Assembly (NCBI GenBank): GCA_027338645.1
Contig: DAHWSH010000024.1
Location: 12,055-76,054 of the forward strand
DNA length: 64,000 bases
From: Pseudomonadota bacterium
Lineage (GTDB): Bacteria; Pseudomonadota; Gammaproteobacteria; JAKAQQ01
Direction: 5' to 3'
In this document: one piece after another, positions 9,202 to 18,192 of the stretch
Layout: every line of letters begins with the position of its first letter
How positions within the stretch are numbered: position 1 is the stretch's first letter
Made by a program: the position numbers and the translations under genes
Notes under the pieces: generated by a model
Databases searched by the model: none
Told to the model about the DNA's origin: nothing
Seen by the model: the letters and a program-made list of their open reading frames with translations, nothing else

Positions 9202-11393
9202 AAGAGCGTTTTCCCGGAAGGGTCGAGAATCCGGAGACGCAATCCGTTCGAGGGACAGTATCCCATGGACCGGTTCGGGACCTCCCGGCGCTCTCCCCTT
9301 GGATACTTTCGGATTCCCCCCCCGAAAACGAAAATCTACCACCTTCCGTTTCGCATCCGGGTGATCCGGCATCTCGGGCGGAGACGACTGACTGGGACTT
9401 TCGTGATCCCACGATCCTCAATCCCTGCTTTTTGGGTTCGAGTGGGGAGAATGGGGAAGTTTTCGAACGCCTTCTCGTGGATTTGGTCCGGGACCACCTC
9501 TATTGGAGGCGCAATTTCCACCCCGAGGATCCACCGCCCATTCCGATGCTTGCGGCGCATGAACCCTCCTATGTGGCGTTCATGGATCGTCTGCGGACCG
9601 AGCTCAACACGCTGACCGCAGCACTCAAACGTTCAGTTCCCTTTTTCAACCCGCGCTATCTCGGCCACATGGTTTCTGACACCTTGTTGCCTGGACTTTT
9701 GGCCCAGATGGTGACGACGCTCTACAATCCGAACAATGTGAGCCCGGAAGCGGCCCCGGTGACGCTTGCACTCGAACTCGAGGTGGGACGGCAGTTGGCC
9801 CGTATGCTCGGATGGGAGACCGATCCTGGGAAAACCCCGTGCGCCTGGGGGCACCTCACCTCGGGCGGAACCCTTGCGAATTTCGAGAGTCTGGTCAACC
9901 TTCGCGCCATCCGCTGTTTTCCCTTGGCGCTCCGGGCAGCTCTCCTCGCCGTACCCGGCGCGCCGGAATTCACCCTGAGTGACGGTCGCCTCCTGGTCGA
10001 GCTGGACGACTGGACGCTCTTCAACCTTCCCTTGGACGAAGTCATGAGCTTGCCGGCCCGGCTCCGAATTCCGCCAGCCGACCCAGCGGCTCTCCGGGTT
10101 TGGCACGATCTCCATGTCGTATTGGCGGACCTTCGCATCGAAAACACCGGACTCGTGGATTTTGCCCGCCATCATCCACTCTGTTCGACGATCCAGATCC
10201 TGCTCCCCCGGACTGCACATTATTCCTGGCACAAGGCGGCCCGTGCCCTGGGCTTCGGAACCAGTCAGCTCGACTTTCTGCCGGTTGACCGGAAGATGCG
10301 CCTTTCGCCACCCGGCTTGGAAGCTCGTCTGGAGAATGCGTGCCGGAACCAGAAACCCGTTCTCGCAGTGGTCGCCATGCTGGGCACGACCGAGTTTGGG
10401 ACGATCGATCCCCTTCACGACATCGTCGAACTCCGGCGCCGATTCCGGACCCGGGGACTCGAGTTTGGTTTGCATGTCGATGCCGCCTGGGGAGGGTACC
10501 TGACCTCGATCTTCCGCGATCCGGACGGAGGCTTTCTACCCCATGACCAAGTCCGACGAGGCTTTGCCCACTTCCCCTCGGATTCCGTTTATCAGAGCTT
10601 CCAAGCTCTGGTTCACGCCGATTCCATCACGGTGGATCCGCACAAGTTGGGATACTTGCCTTATGGGATCGGCGGGATCGTCTGGCGTCACCGTGGGGTC
10701 CGGGATTTTCTGGGTGAGCGGGCACCTTATGTCTTTGATCCCAATCCCTCCGGATCCACCGTCGAGCCGCTGGGTCCGTATATTCTCGAGGGATCAAAAC
10801 CCGGGGCCCAGGCGGCAGCTGCCTGGGTGACGCACCGCGTGCTGCCCCTGGACTGCCTCCATCTGGGTCGATTACAGCGCTTTACCATTCTGGCCGGTGA
10901 ATACTTCTATGATCACTTGCCAGCCTTGACTGAGCGACTTCGGGGTGAGGCACGGGTTCTCGTGCCCTTCGAGCCCGATACGAACCTTCTCTGTCTCGCG
11001 ATCAATCCCGAGGGAAATACATCACTCTCTGCCGCCAACCGCTTTTGCGAGTCCTTGTACAGCCATCTCCGTATCGATCCCACACGGCCGGTCCAGTTAC
11101 GTGATTTTTTCAGCTCCCACACACGGGTCTCGGCCGAACTGCTGGGCCCCGAGAACTGGTCCAGGACCCTCGATGCCTTGGGAATTGATCCGGCGGAGGT
11201 CGGTCAGGGCGAATGCACCGATCTTTTCCTATTACGCCATACCCTGATGAATCCCTGGCTGCTCGATTCCCGCGAGGGAAAAAATCCGATCGATCGTTAC
11301 CTGAAGTACTTGGAGGAGTTGATTCGTTCTGAACTGGATCGGGGAAGCTGGCGCCCGCCATGCGCTCCTTTGGATCGTCGTCCCACCTCGTGA
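9198..11393 (+). CDS. Group II PLP-dependent decarboxylase, tyrosine decarboxylase (TyrDC)-like
   Basis: FLGSSGENGE..RLLVDLVRDHLYWRRNFHPED, RYLGHM, NPNNVSPEAAP, WGHLTSGGTLAN, HVDAAWGGY, PLP lysine in DPHKLGY, ILEGSK. Confidence 0.88.
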   Translation: MKERFPGRVENPETQSVRGTVSHGPVRDLPALSPWILSDSPPENENLPPSVSHPGDPASRAETTDWDFRDPTILNPCFLGSSGENGEVFERLLVDLVRDHLYWRRNFHPEDPPPIPMLAAHEPSYVAFMDRLRTELNTLTAALKRSVPFFNPRYLGHMVSDTLLPGLLAQMVTTLYNPNNVSPEAAPVTLALELEVGRQLARMLGWETDPGKTPCAWGHLTSGGTLANFESLVNLRAIRCFPLALRAALLAVPGAPEFTLSDGRLLVELDDWTLFNLPLDEVMSLPARLRIPPADPAALRVWHDLHVVLADLRIENTGLVDFARHHPLCSTIQILLPRTAHYSWHKAARALGFGTSQLDFLPVDRKMRLSPPGLEARLENACRNQKPVLAVVAMLGTTEFGTIDPLHDIVELRRRFRTRGLEFGLHVDAAWGGYLTSIFRDPDGGFLPHDQVRRGFAHFPSDSVYQSFQALVHADSITVDPHKLGYLPYGIGGIVWRHRGVRDFLGERAPYVFDPNPSGSTVEPLGPYILEGSKPGAQAAAAWVTHRVLPLDCLHLGRLQRFTILAGEYFYDHLPALTERLRGEARVLVPFEPDTNLLCLAINPEGNTSLSAANRFCESLYSHLRIDPTRPVQLRDFFSSHTRVSAELLGPENWSRTLDALGIDPAEVGQGECTDLFLLRHTLMNPWLLDSREGKNPIDRYLKYLEELIRSELDRGSWRPPCAPLDRRPTS

Positions 11394-11411
11394 CGAGCTT
11401 GGCCCGGCAGA

Positions 11412-11816
11412 TCAATCCGGTCGCTGGGGGGTCTCGAGGCGCTTACGCACGCAAAGCAGACGTTCGCGCACATTCTGTGCCAGCGCTGGGATCGTCGGAT
11501 TTTCCGTGAGGCCAAGAACGGCCTCCGGGTCCATGAACGAAACCCGAGTACATTCCGGCCGGATTTCACGAACGACGACATTGCATGGCAGAAGCAGGCC
11601 GATCTCGGGATCGGCGGAGAGCGCCTGATGGGCCAGCTTTGGGTTGCAGGCTCCGAGGATCTGGTAGGGCGAAATATCGACTCCGAGCTTGTGCCGTAAG
11701 GTGGCTTGGACGTCGATGATGGTGAGGATACCAAAACCTTCCTGCTCCAGAGCGTGGGTGGTTCGTTCGAGAACCTCCTTGAAACGCTCGGAGATTTCAA
11801 TGGAAAATCCATACAT
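11412..11816 (-). CDS. DUF302 domain protein
   Basis: GFGILTIIDVQATL, YQILGACNP, IGLLLPCNVVV. Confidence 0.9.
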   Translation of the reverse strand: MYGFSIEISERFKEVLERTTHALEQEGFGILTIIDVQATLRHKLGVDISPYQILGACNPKLAHQALSADPEIGLLLPCNVVVREIRPECTRVSFMDPEAVLGLTENPTIPALAQNVRERLLCVRKRLETPQRPD

Positions 11817-11832
11817 GGAAGACCCCCCGTTG

Positions 11833-12714
11833 TTAGCGTGAAGAATTCGAGCCCCGAATCAAGGGGCTAGACCCTTTCTGCCCGGATAAAGAGGACAGAT
11901 GGAGGAAGGATACAGCGGGATGTTCGAACCGCCAGACGAGCTGGGTTCCGAAGTAGGAAAGGGCCAGGGCCGCAAAAGCCGACAGGGTCCAGCCGGCGGC
12001 CGTCCGCCCCCGCCAGCCGAAGCGGTGGTGCCCCCAGAGCAGGAGCCCGAACAAGATCCAGGCCAGGACGGACAGCATCACCTTGGGCCAGAGCCCGAGC
12101 GGACCCAAGACCCGGAAATAGGCGAAGCCGGTGCCCAGAGCGAGAGTCAGGAGTAGAAACCCCGCGATCAGGTACTGAAAGAGCATCCGTTCGATCACCA
12201 GGAGGGGAGGGAGGCTGCCGGGTCCTGCCGTGTCCACACGCCGTAGCCGCGATTCCCGAATCCAGAGCAAGATGGCGAGCGCGGCGGCGACGCCCAGCAT
12301 GCTGTAGGCGGTCAGGGAAATCAGGATGTGGGCATCGAGCAGGAGATGGTCGGTCCGAAGCAGGAGCTCACCTGCCGGATAAAAGGGCAGAGTGAGTACG
12401 GCCACGGCTGTGAGTGGGAAAGCCACAAGCCCCGCGCTCAGGACCGGCTCGAACCAGGACCCCCCCCAGACGACTAGGCTGATCATGAAACTCACGAGGA
12501 CCAAAACATGGATCAGGCTGAGGTTGAGTCCGTCCAGCTGAAAGAGGATATGATCTAGGAGAAATCCTTGGCCCAGGAGGGCCAAACCAGCACACAGTCG
12601 GCCCACCCCCTCGAGGCGGTGGGAGGGCAGGTGGCCTTTCAGGAACGGCGAGACGAAGAGGGCAGCCGCCAGATAAAAGATTGACACGGCAAACGAAACG
12701 AGCCAAAGCTGCAT
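11833..12714 (-). CDS. ypjD: YpjD/CcsA-family inner membrane protein (cytochrome c assembly family)
   Basis: About 8 TM helices; HILISLTAYS, LPPLLVIERMLF, LLWGHHRFGWRGR, LALSYFG. Confidence 0.85.
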   Translation of the reverse strand: MQLWLVSFAVSIFYLAAALFVSPFLKGHLPSHRLEGVGRLCAGLALLGQGFLLDHILFQLDGLNLSLIHVLVLVSFMISLVVWGGSWFEPVLSAGLVAFPLTAVAVLTLPFYPAGELLLRTDHLLLDAHILISLTAYSMLGVAAALAILLWIRESRLRRVDTAGPGSLPPLLVIERMLFQYLIAGFLLLTLALGTGFAYFRVLGPLGLWPKVMLSVLAWILFGLLLWGHHRFGWRGRTAAGWTLSAFAALALSYFGTQLVWRFEHPAVSFLHLSSLSGQKGSSPLIRGSNSSR

Positions 12715-12902
12715 GGGTTCGATCTCCACCATTCGTCCCAGAACCACTGTGCCTATCGTAACAGGATGGTCCCGCTGACTGGGAGCCGCACCCGGTGAAT
12801 TTAGGGTGGTGCTCATCCCTGGGGAAAGCGTGGATCCCCTCCGGACGCAAAGCACCAAGCCAGCGCAAGCCCCATGTCAAAGGGGCGCAAACCTTCCCGG
12901 GC

Positions 12903-12931
12903 TTGTTTGACCCGGGTTTCCCCGTTAAAAT
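12903..12931 (+). promoter_or_regulatory. Putative sigma70 promoter of rpsP operon
   Basis: TTGTTT-17 bp-TAAAAT about 30 bp upstream of the rpsP ATG. Confidence 0.5.
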
Positions 12932-12961
12932 AGCACTTCTTTTTTCAAGGTCGGTCGATTC

Positions 12962-13201
12962 ATGGTTACGATCCGGTTGGCTCGTGGTGGAGCCAAAAAA
13001 AGGCCCTTCTATCAGGTGATAGTTGCCGATCGGCAATCCTCGCGCAATGGCCGCTTCATTGAACGCGTGGGATTTTTCAACCCCATGGCCAAGACCCAGG
13101 AAGAGCGACTCCATCTCGAACGGGAACGGATCGCCTACTGGATGTCCCAGGGAGCGAAACCCTCGGAGCGGGTTGCCCAGCTGCTTGATCTCCCCCACTG
13201 A
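12962..13201 (+). CDS. rpsP: 30S ribosomal protein S16
   Basis: [17 protein letters not shown]...[14 protein letters not shown]...GAKPSERV. Confidence 0.98.
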   Translation: MVTIRLARGGAKKRPFYQVIVADRQSSRNGRFIERVGFFNPMAKTQEERLHLERERIAYWMSQGAKPSERVAQLLDLPH

Positions 13202-13760
13202 CCCGCCGCCACGGGATTTCGGGAGTGAAGGACCACTCCAGTCGGCAGGCGAAGTGTTTTGTGGCCGGATCGTTGGCGTTTTCGGGATCCGAGGTGAAGT
13301 CAAGGTGGTGTCCTACACCGAACCTGAGGAACAGCTTTTGATCTATCGCCCGTGGCAGCTTCGGCTGACCGGGAGAGAGGCCTTTCCTGTCCAACCCACA
13401 GGCGCTCATCGTCGGGGCCACATGCTGGTCGTGGCGCTGGACGGATTTTCCGACCGGACCCGTTCCGAAACCCTGGTCGGCGGTGAAATTTCGGTGCCTC
13501 GACAGTGTTTCCCGCCCTTGCCCGATGGCCAGTTCTACTGGGTGGATCTTTTGGGACTCGAAGTCGTCGATGAGGCGGGAACCCGACTCGGACGGGTCAG
13601 TGACCTGACCCGGGGGCCGGCAGGTGACTGTTTGGCGGTGACCGGAACGCCTCCGCTGCTCATTCCGTTTGTCTGGAAGTCAACGGTGCTGTCCGTCGAA
13701 CTCGAATCCCACAGGATCCGGATTCGTTCAGCCGAAGAAACCCTCCCCGGTGCGTTTTGA
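13185..13760 (+). CDS. rimM: Ribosome maturation factor RimM (start uncertain)
   Basis: [32 protein letters not shown]; lies between rpsP and trmD. Confidence 0.9.
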   Translation: MISPTDPPPRDFGSEGPLQSAGEVFCGRIVGVFGIRGEVKVVSYTEPEEQLLIYRPWQLRLTGREAFPVQPTGAHRRGHMLVVALDGFSDRTRSETLVGGEISVPRQCFPPLPDGQFYWVDLLGLEVVDEAGTRLGRVSDLTRGPAGDCLAVTGTPPLLIPFVWKSTVLSVELESHRIRIRSAEETLPGAF

Positions 13761-14472
13761 TGTCGTGACCCTTTCTCCCGACCTCTTCGAACCGCTGAGA
13801 CAGTTCGGAGTGATCGGGCGTGCCTTGCGGGACGGCCATATCGTTCTCAAGACCTGGAACCTCAGGGACTTTGCCGACCCCCCCCACTTTCGGGTCGATG
13901 ACAGGCCCTATGGCGGGGGTCCGGGAATGGTGCTCATGGCCGAACCGCTCTGGCGGGCGGTAGAGGCCGTTCGCGGAGAGGCACCGGCGGGAGCACCCGT
14001 ACTCTATCTCTCGCCCCAGGGCCGTCGCCTCGATCAAGCCCTTGTCGAGGAGCTGGCCGCCTATCCGGGCCTGATTCTCGTCTGCGGACGGTACGAGGGA
14101 GTCGACGAACGGTGGATTGAATCTCAGGCCGATGGCGAGCTTTCGGTGGGTGACTTCGTGATGACGGGAGGCGAGATCCCCGCGCTCCTGGTGCTGGACG
14201 CCGTGAGCCGTTTTGTGCCGGGAACGGTCGGAGACGAGCAGTCCCTGACACAGGAATCCTTTCGGGGTGGCCTCTTGGAGGCTCCGGCCTATACCCGCCC
14301 GGCCGCCTGGCGGGGACGGGAGGTTCCTGAGGTTTTGTTGGGTGGGCATCACGAGGACATTGCGGCGTGGCGCAGCACCCAGGGCCGCGTAAGGACGGGC
14401 CGTCGCCGCCCGGATCTCCTCACCCCAGAAACCGGATGCGATCAGGACCCACTTGGCAAAACCAAAAAATAA
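13750..14472 (+). CDS. trmD: tRNA (guanine37-N1)-methyltransferase
   Basis: VDDRPYGGGPGMV, LSPQG, CGRYEGVDER, SVGDFVMTGGE, YTRP. Confidence 0.97.
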   Translation: MRFDVVTLSPDLFEPLRQFGVIGRALRDGHIVLKTWNLRDFADPPHFRVDDRPYGGGPGMVLMAEPLWRAVEAVRGEAPAGAPVLYLSPQGRRLDQALVEELAAYPGLILVCGRYEGVDERWIESQADGELSVGDFVMTGGEIPALLVLDAVSRFVPGTVGDEQSLTQESFRGGLLEAPAYTRPAAWRGREVPEVLLGGHHEDIAAWRSTQGRVRTGRRRPDLLTPETGCDQDPLGKTKK

Positions 14473-14506
14473 CGGCACAATTAGCGGCTAGCAGAGGTTT
14501 TTTGAC

Positions 14507-14851
14507 ATGAACAAAATCATTGCGGAAATCGAAAGCCAGGATCCGCGCCCCGAGTTTCCGGAGTTCTCACCCGGCGATACCGTGGTGGTACAGGTGCGAG
14601 TCAAGGAAGGCGAACGTGAGCGTCTCCAAGCCTTTGAAGGTGTGGTCATTGCCAGAAAAAACAGGGGGGTCCACTCATCCTTCACGGTACGGAAGATCTC
14701 ACATGGAGAGGGAGTTGAACGGGTGTTCCCGCTCTTCAGTCCGCATATTGCCGAAATTCAGCTCAAGCGCCGGGGACGGGTTCGTTCTGCCAAGCTGTAC
14801 TACTTGCGGGGCTTGAGTGGAAAGGCTGCCCGGATCCGGGAAGACGTCTAG
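14507..14851 (+). CDS. rplS: 50S ribosomal protein L19
   Basis: [44 protein letters not shown]. Confidence 0.98.
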   Translation: MNKIIAEIESQDPRPEFPEFSPGDTVVVQVRVKEGERERLQAFEGVVIARKNRGVHSSFTVRKISHGEGVERVFPLFSPHIAEIQLKRRGRVRSAKLYYLRGLSGKAARIREDV

Positions 14852-16736
14852 CCTGGGTTTCTCCTTCCATTCGCCATCCCGTCAGGGGCTCCTCAAGAGC
14901 TGGCGGATTCCAAACCTCCTGCTTCGTCCGGGACGCGTTGTTGTCGGTGCCATCTTTTTTTTCTCGATTCCCATAGCTCTGTCCACCTCGGCCTGGGGTG
15001 CGAGCTCACCGACCGCATCTCGCCCCTCACAGCTTTCGACCATCCGTCTGATTGAGCGTGGAGGAGCACCCCAACTGGCTCTCGCCTGGCTCCTTCGGGA
15101 AGCTCCTCAAAATGTGCGGGATCCACGCTGGACCTTGTGGGCCCGGGAACGGATTCGACTTGAGGAAAAGACCGGACAATGGTCGGATCTCGTCCGATTC
15201 GTGACCCGCCTGCCGGACGGGCTTCCCGCGGAGTTTGTCGACTGGGCTGAGCTCGCTGAAGCTCACGCGTTGATTGCGCTCGGTGATTTTCGTAGTGCCC
15301 GTGCCCTGATTCGATCCTGGATCTGGATGGGTCAGCGGATCCCGAGCGCCAGCCGCCTCCGTCGAGCGCGGCGGCTTTTGATCGACAGCTACGTCAATGG
15401 AGGTGATCTCGCGGATGCGGAAACGGCACTCCAGCTCTATCGGGACGATTATCCCCGGCATTCGGCTCCGCTCTTCGCCAAGGAAGCCCGGCTCCTCATT
15501 GAAAGCGGAAAAGCGCACGCAGCACTTCAGATGCTCAAAGCGGATCCTGCACCGGAAGCGCAAATACTCACACTCAGGGCTCTTCTTGAATCCGGGCTCG
15601 ATTCGCCACGCTCCGTGGCTGCAAAGGCCCTCCGCCTGGCCCGAAGCCCCCTTACGCCTCAGCTCGAGATCGAAGCCGATCAGATTGCCTGGGGAGCGGA
15701 CCAGTCGCAGGGGCATTATGCAGCGGCACTTCAGGTCTTGATCCGGATGCTGCGAGTGGCCAACCAGCCGAAAACCCGGGTGCATCTCTCCCGCCGTTTT
15801 TCAGCGGATCTCTGGCAAACCCTGGTCAAGCGAGGGAATGCGCTGGCCAATCAGTCCGGTCTGGTCGAGGGCCTCACGAACCCCTGGCTTGGATTGGCTC
15901 GAAAGGAACAGGCACAGGGACATGTGGATGCAGCCTGGGCAGTCCTTTGTGCAGTAATCCAGGGCTCCTTCCGGACGGCCGACCAGAATCGAGCGGCCGA
16001 TCAACTGGCCCGGATGGCCAGCACCCGGCCCTGGGGCAATGATCTGCTCTTGTTTCTGTTTCTCGATCCGACCCTCTTCTCCCACCCTGGTCGTCTGCCG
16101 ACCGACCTGCGTCGGCGACTTTTGCCACCGGTTTTGGCCGCTGGCCATTACCGGCTCGCAGCCCGCCTGATCCACGGGCTTACCATCGCTCCAGACGGCA
16201 TGCCGACCGGAGAGTGGCCGCTCGTCCGTTTCCGGACCGAACTCTACGGGGGGCAGCTGAAACGAGCCCTCCGGCTTCTCAAACGTCAGATCGGACGTTG
16301 CGCGCCCTGTCCGAGTGGTCAGAGATGGCTCGTTCAAGCCTTCCATCTCGAACGCCTGGGTCACAATGCAGCTGCCCTGTCCCTCCTGCATGCCCTGTAT
16401 AGAACAAGCCACGACACCAAGGCAAAGCGCGAAATGTTGTACTGGATGGCGGACGCAGAAGGTCGCCTTGGACACTGGCGACAGGCGGCACGGGATGCCT
16501 TGTTGTCAGCGATCCGGCCCGATCCCTTCAACATGGATCCTTGGGCCCAAAGCGCGCGCTTCAAAGCGGCACAGGCGCTGACACAAGCGGGGTTGCTCCG
16601 GGATGCGCTGGATCAGTACCATGCCTTGTTCAACGCCACGACTCGACCGACTGAAAAAGCAATTATATACAATAAAATAAGAAAGTTAGAGATAAAACTA
16701 AATCTTAAATCTCATGCAAGATCCGGGCCCGGTTGA
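14817..16736 (+). CDS. Exported alpha-helical/TPR-like protein of unknown function (start uncertain)
   Basis: 639-aa ORF; signal-peptide-like segment ending SAWGA; TPR-like repeats such as [19 protein letters not shown] and [18 protein letters not shown]. Confidence 0.7.
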   Translation: MERLPGSGKTSSLGFSFHSPSRQGLLKSWRIPNLLLRPGRVVVGAIFFFSIPIALSTSAWGASSPTASRPSQLSTIRLIERGGAPQLALAWLLREAPQNVRDPRWTLWARERIRLEEKTGQWSDLVRFVTRLPDGLPAEFVDWAELAEAHALIALGDFRSARALIRSWIWMGQRIPSASRLRRARRLLIDSYVNGGDLADAETALQLYRDDYPRHSAPLFAKEARLLIESGKAHAALQMLKADPAPEAQILTLRALLESGLDSPRSVAAKALRLARSPLTPQLEIEADQIAWGADQSQGHYAAALQVLIRMLRVANQPKTRVHLSRRFSADLWQTLVKRGNALANQSGLVEGLTNPWLGLARKEQAQGHVDAAWAVLCAVIQGSFRTADQNRAADQLARMASTRPWGNDLLLFLFLDPTLFSHPGRLPTDLRRRLLPPVLAAGHYRLAARLIHGLTIAPDGMPTGEWPLVRFRTELYGGQLKRALRLLKRQIGRCAPCPSGQRWLVQAFHLERLGHNAAALSLLHALYRTSHDTKAKREMLYWMADAEGRLGHWRQAARDALLSAIRPDPFNMDPWAQSARFKAAQALTQAGLLRDALDQYHALFNATTRPTEKAIIYNKIRKLEIKLNLKSHARSGPG

Positions 16737-18144
16737 TTCTCCTTCACCGGACGGGTCTCCGGTTTCCGGCCTGCGTTGGACGGAAGAACTTTCGATCCTG
16801 GGTGAGACACTCCGCCTGCTCGAGTCCTCTTTTGACGGGCTTCCCCCATTCCAAGTGGACTGGAAGGTGGATCCGATGCGTCGTGAACTCCTCGCACTGG
16901 CACGGGAGCTGGCCGACAATGACCCTTACTTTCATCCACTTTACGCCGGCCAGATGCTCAAGCCGCCGCATCCGGTGGCTCGAATGGCTTGGGCTTTGTC
17001 GCTTTTTATCAACCCCAACAATCATGCATTGGATGGGGGCAGGGCCACTTCGCGCCTGGAAAAATCCTGCATCCGCTCCCTGGGTCAACTCGTCGGTTGG
17101 ACGGATCCCCTGGGTCATCTGACCGGAGGGGGCACCGTGGCGAACCTGGAAGCACTCTGGGTCGGACGGGAACGCCAACCCAGCCGCCGGGCCGTCGTGG
17201 CCTCCGAGGAAGCCCACTATACACACCGACGTATGGCGGGCCTGCTTGGGGTCCCGTTTGTCCCGGTCCCGGTTGATTCCCGCGGCCACATGCAGATGGC
17301 GGCACTGGATGCCATTCTTGAACGTGCCGATGTGGGAACCGTCGTAGCGACAGTCGGCACCACCGGGTGGGGCGCGGTTGATCCCGTCGACGAAATCCTG
17401 GTCCGACGCGAGCAGCATGGTTTCCGCCTGCATGTGGATGCCGCCTATGGTGGTTACTTTTCTCTGGTTTCGGAGCATCTCGAGCCCTTGACACGGAAGG
17501 CCTACGAATCCTTGGGCGCCTGCGATTCGATCGTGATTGACCCGCACAAACACGGACTGCAACCCTATGGTTCGGGTGCAGTCTTGTTCCGGAACCCGGA
17601 AGACGCCCAGGTCTATGCCCACGACTCCCCGTATACCTACTACACGGCATCGGGTGGCCATCTCGGAGAGATCAGCCTCGAGTGCTCACGGTCGGGTGCC
17701 GCAGCCGCCGCGCTCTGGTCCACGTTGAATCTCTTCCCGCTGGATCCCGGGGGCTGCTTCGCGAAACAGCTCTGGGACGGTTGCCTCGCGGCGCGGGATC
17801 TGGCGGACTGTCTGGCGCGTGATTCAAAATGGACTATACTGAACCGGCCTGAACTGGATATCCTCGTGTTTTCAGCACGAGCCAGATCGGTTCGTGAGGC
17901 GGGCCAGTTCAATCGGAGGATTTTCGAAGCAACGCGTGGTCAGGGATTGTACTTGGCACTCTTCGAGGTGCCTGGCCACCGTCTGGTTTCAGCTCAGCCC
18001 GCCCTTGAGATGGATCAGGCGACCGTCAGTGTGCTCCGTTCCTGCCTCATGAAACCGGAACACCGGAGCTGGTGCGGAGAGTGGATCCGGCGACTGGAAG
18101 CGGCCTGGGCGGGTTCGGTCGGGAAAGCGGCCCGGATTCCATAG
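16714..18144 (+). CDS. Second group II PLP-dependent decarboxylase
   Basis: YAGQMLKPPHP, NPNNHALDGG, GHLTGGGTVANLEAL, HVDAAYGGY, PLP lysine in DPHKHGL, LECSR. Confidence 0.88.
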   Translation: MQDPGPVDSPSPDGSPVSGLRWTEELSILGETLRLLESSFDGLPPFQVDWKVDPMRRELLALARELADNDPYFHPLYAGQMLKPPHPVARMAWALSLFINPNNHALDGGRATSRLEKSCIRSLGQLVGWTDPLGHLTGGGTVANLEALWVGRERQPSRRAVVASEEAHYTHRRMAGLLGVPFVPVPVDSRGHMQMAALDAILERADVGTVVATVGTTGWGAVDPVDEILVRREQHGFRLHVDAAYGGYFSLVSEHLEPLTRKAYESLGACDSIVIDPHKHGLQPYGSGAVLFRNPEDAQVYAHDSPYTYYTASGGHLGEISLECSRSGAAAAALWSTLNLFPLDPGGCFAKQLWDGCLAARDLADCLARDSKWTILNRPELDILVFSARARSVREAGQFNRRIFEATRGQGLYLALFEVPGHRLVSAQPALEMDQATVSVLRSCLMKPEHRSWCGEWIRRLEAAWAGSVGKAARIP

Positions 18145-18192
18145 GGTTTTCAGGACCGACCGTTTCATCCCCATTTTTTGGAGGTCATGTTG

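Noticed and set aside
12821-12860. GGACGCAAAGC resembling part of the c-di-GMP-I riboswitch
   Set aside because: The upstream GGCAAACC stem with GNRA tetraloop and the downstream P3 elements are not present in proper arrangement.
12715-12961. Possible SRP (4.5S) RNA in the ffh gap
   Set aside because: The conserved core TCAGG-N-GGAA-N-AGCAG is not visible on either strand.
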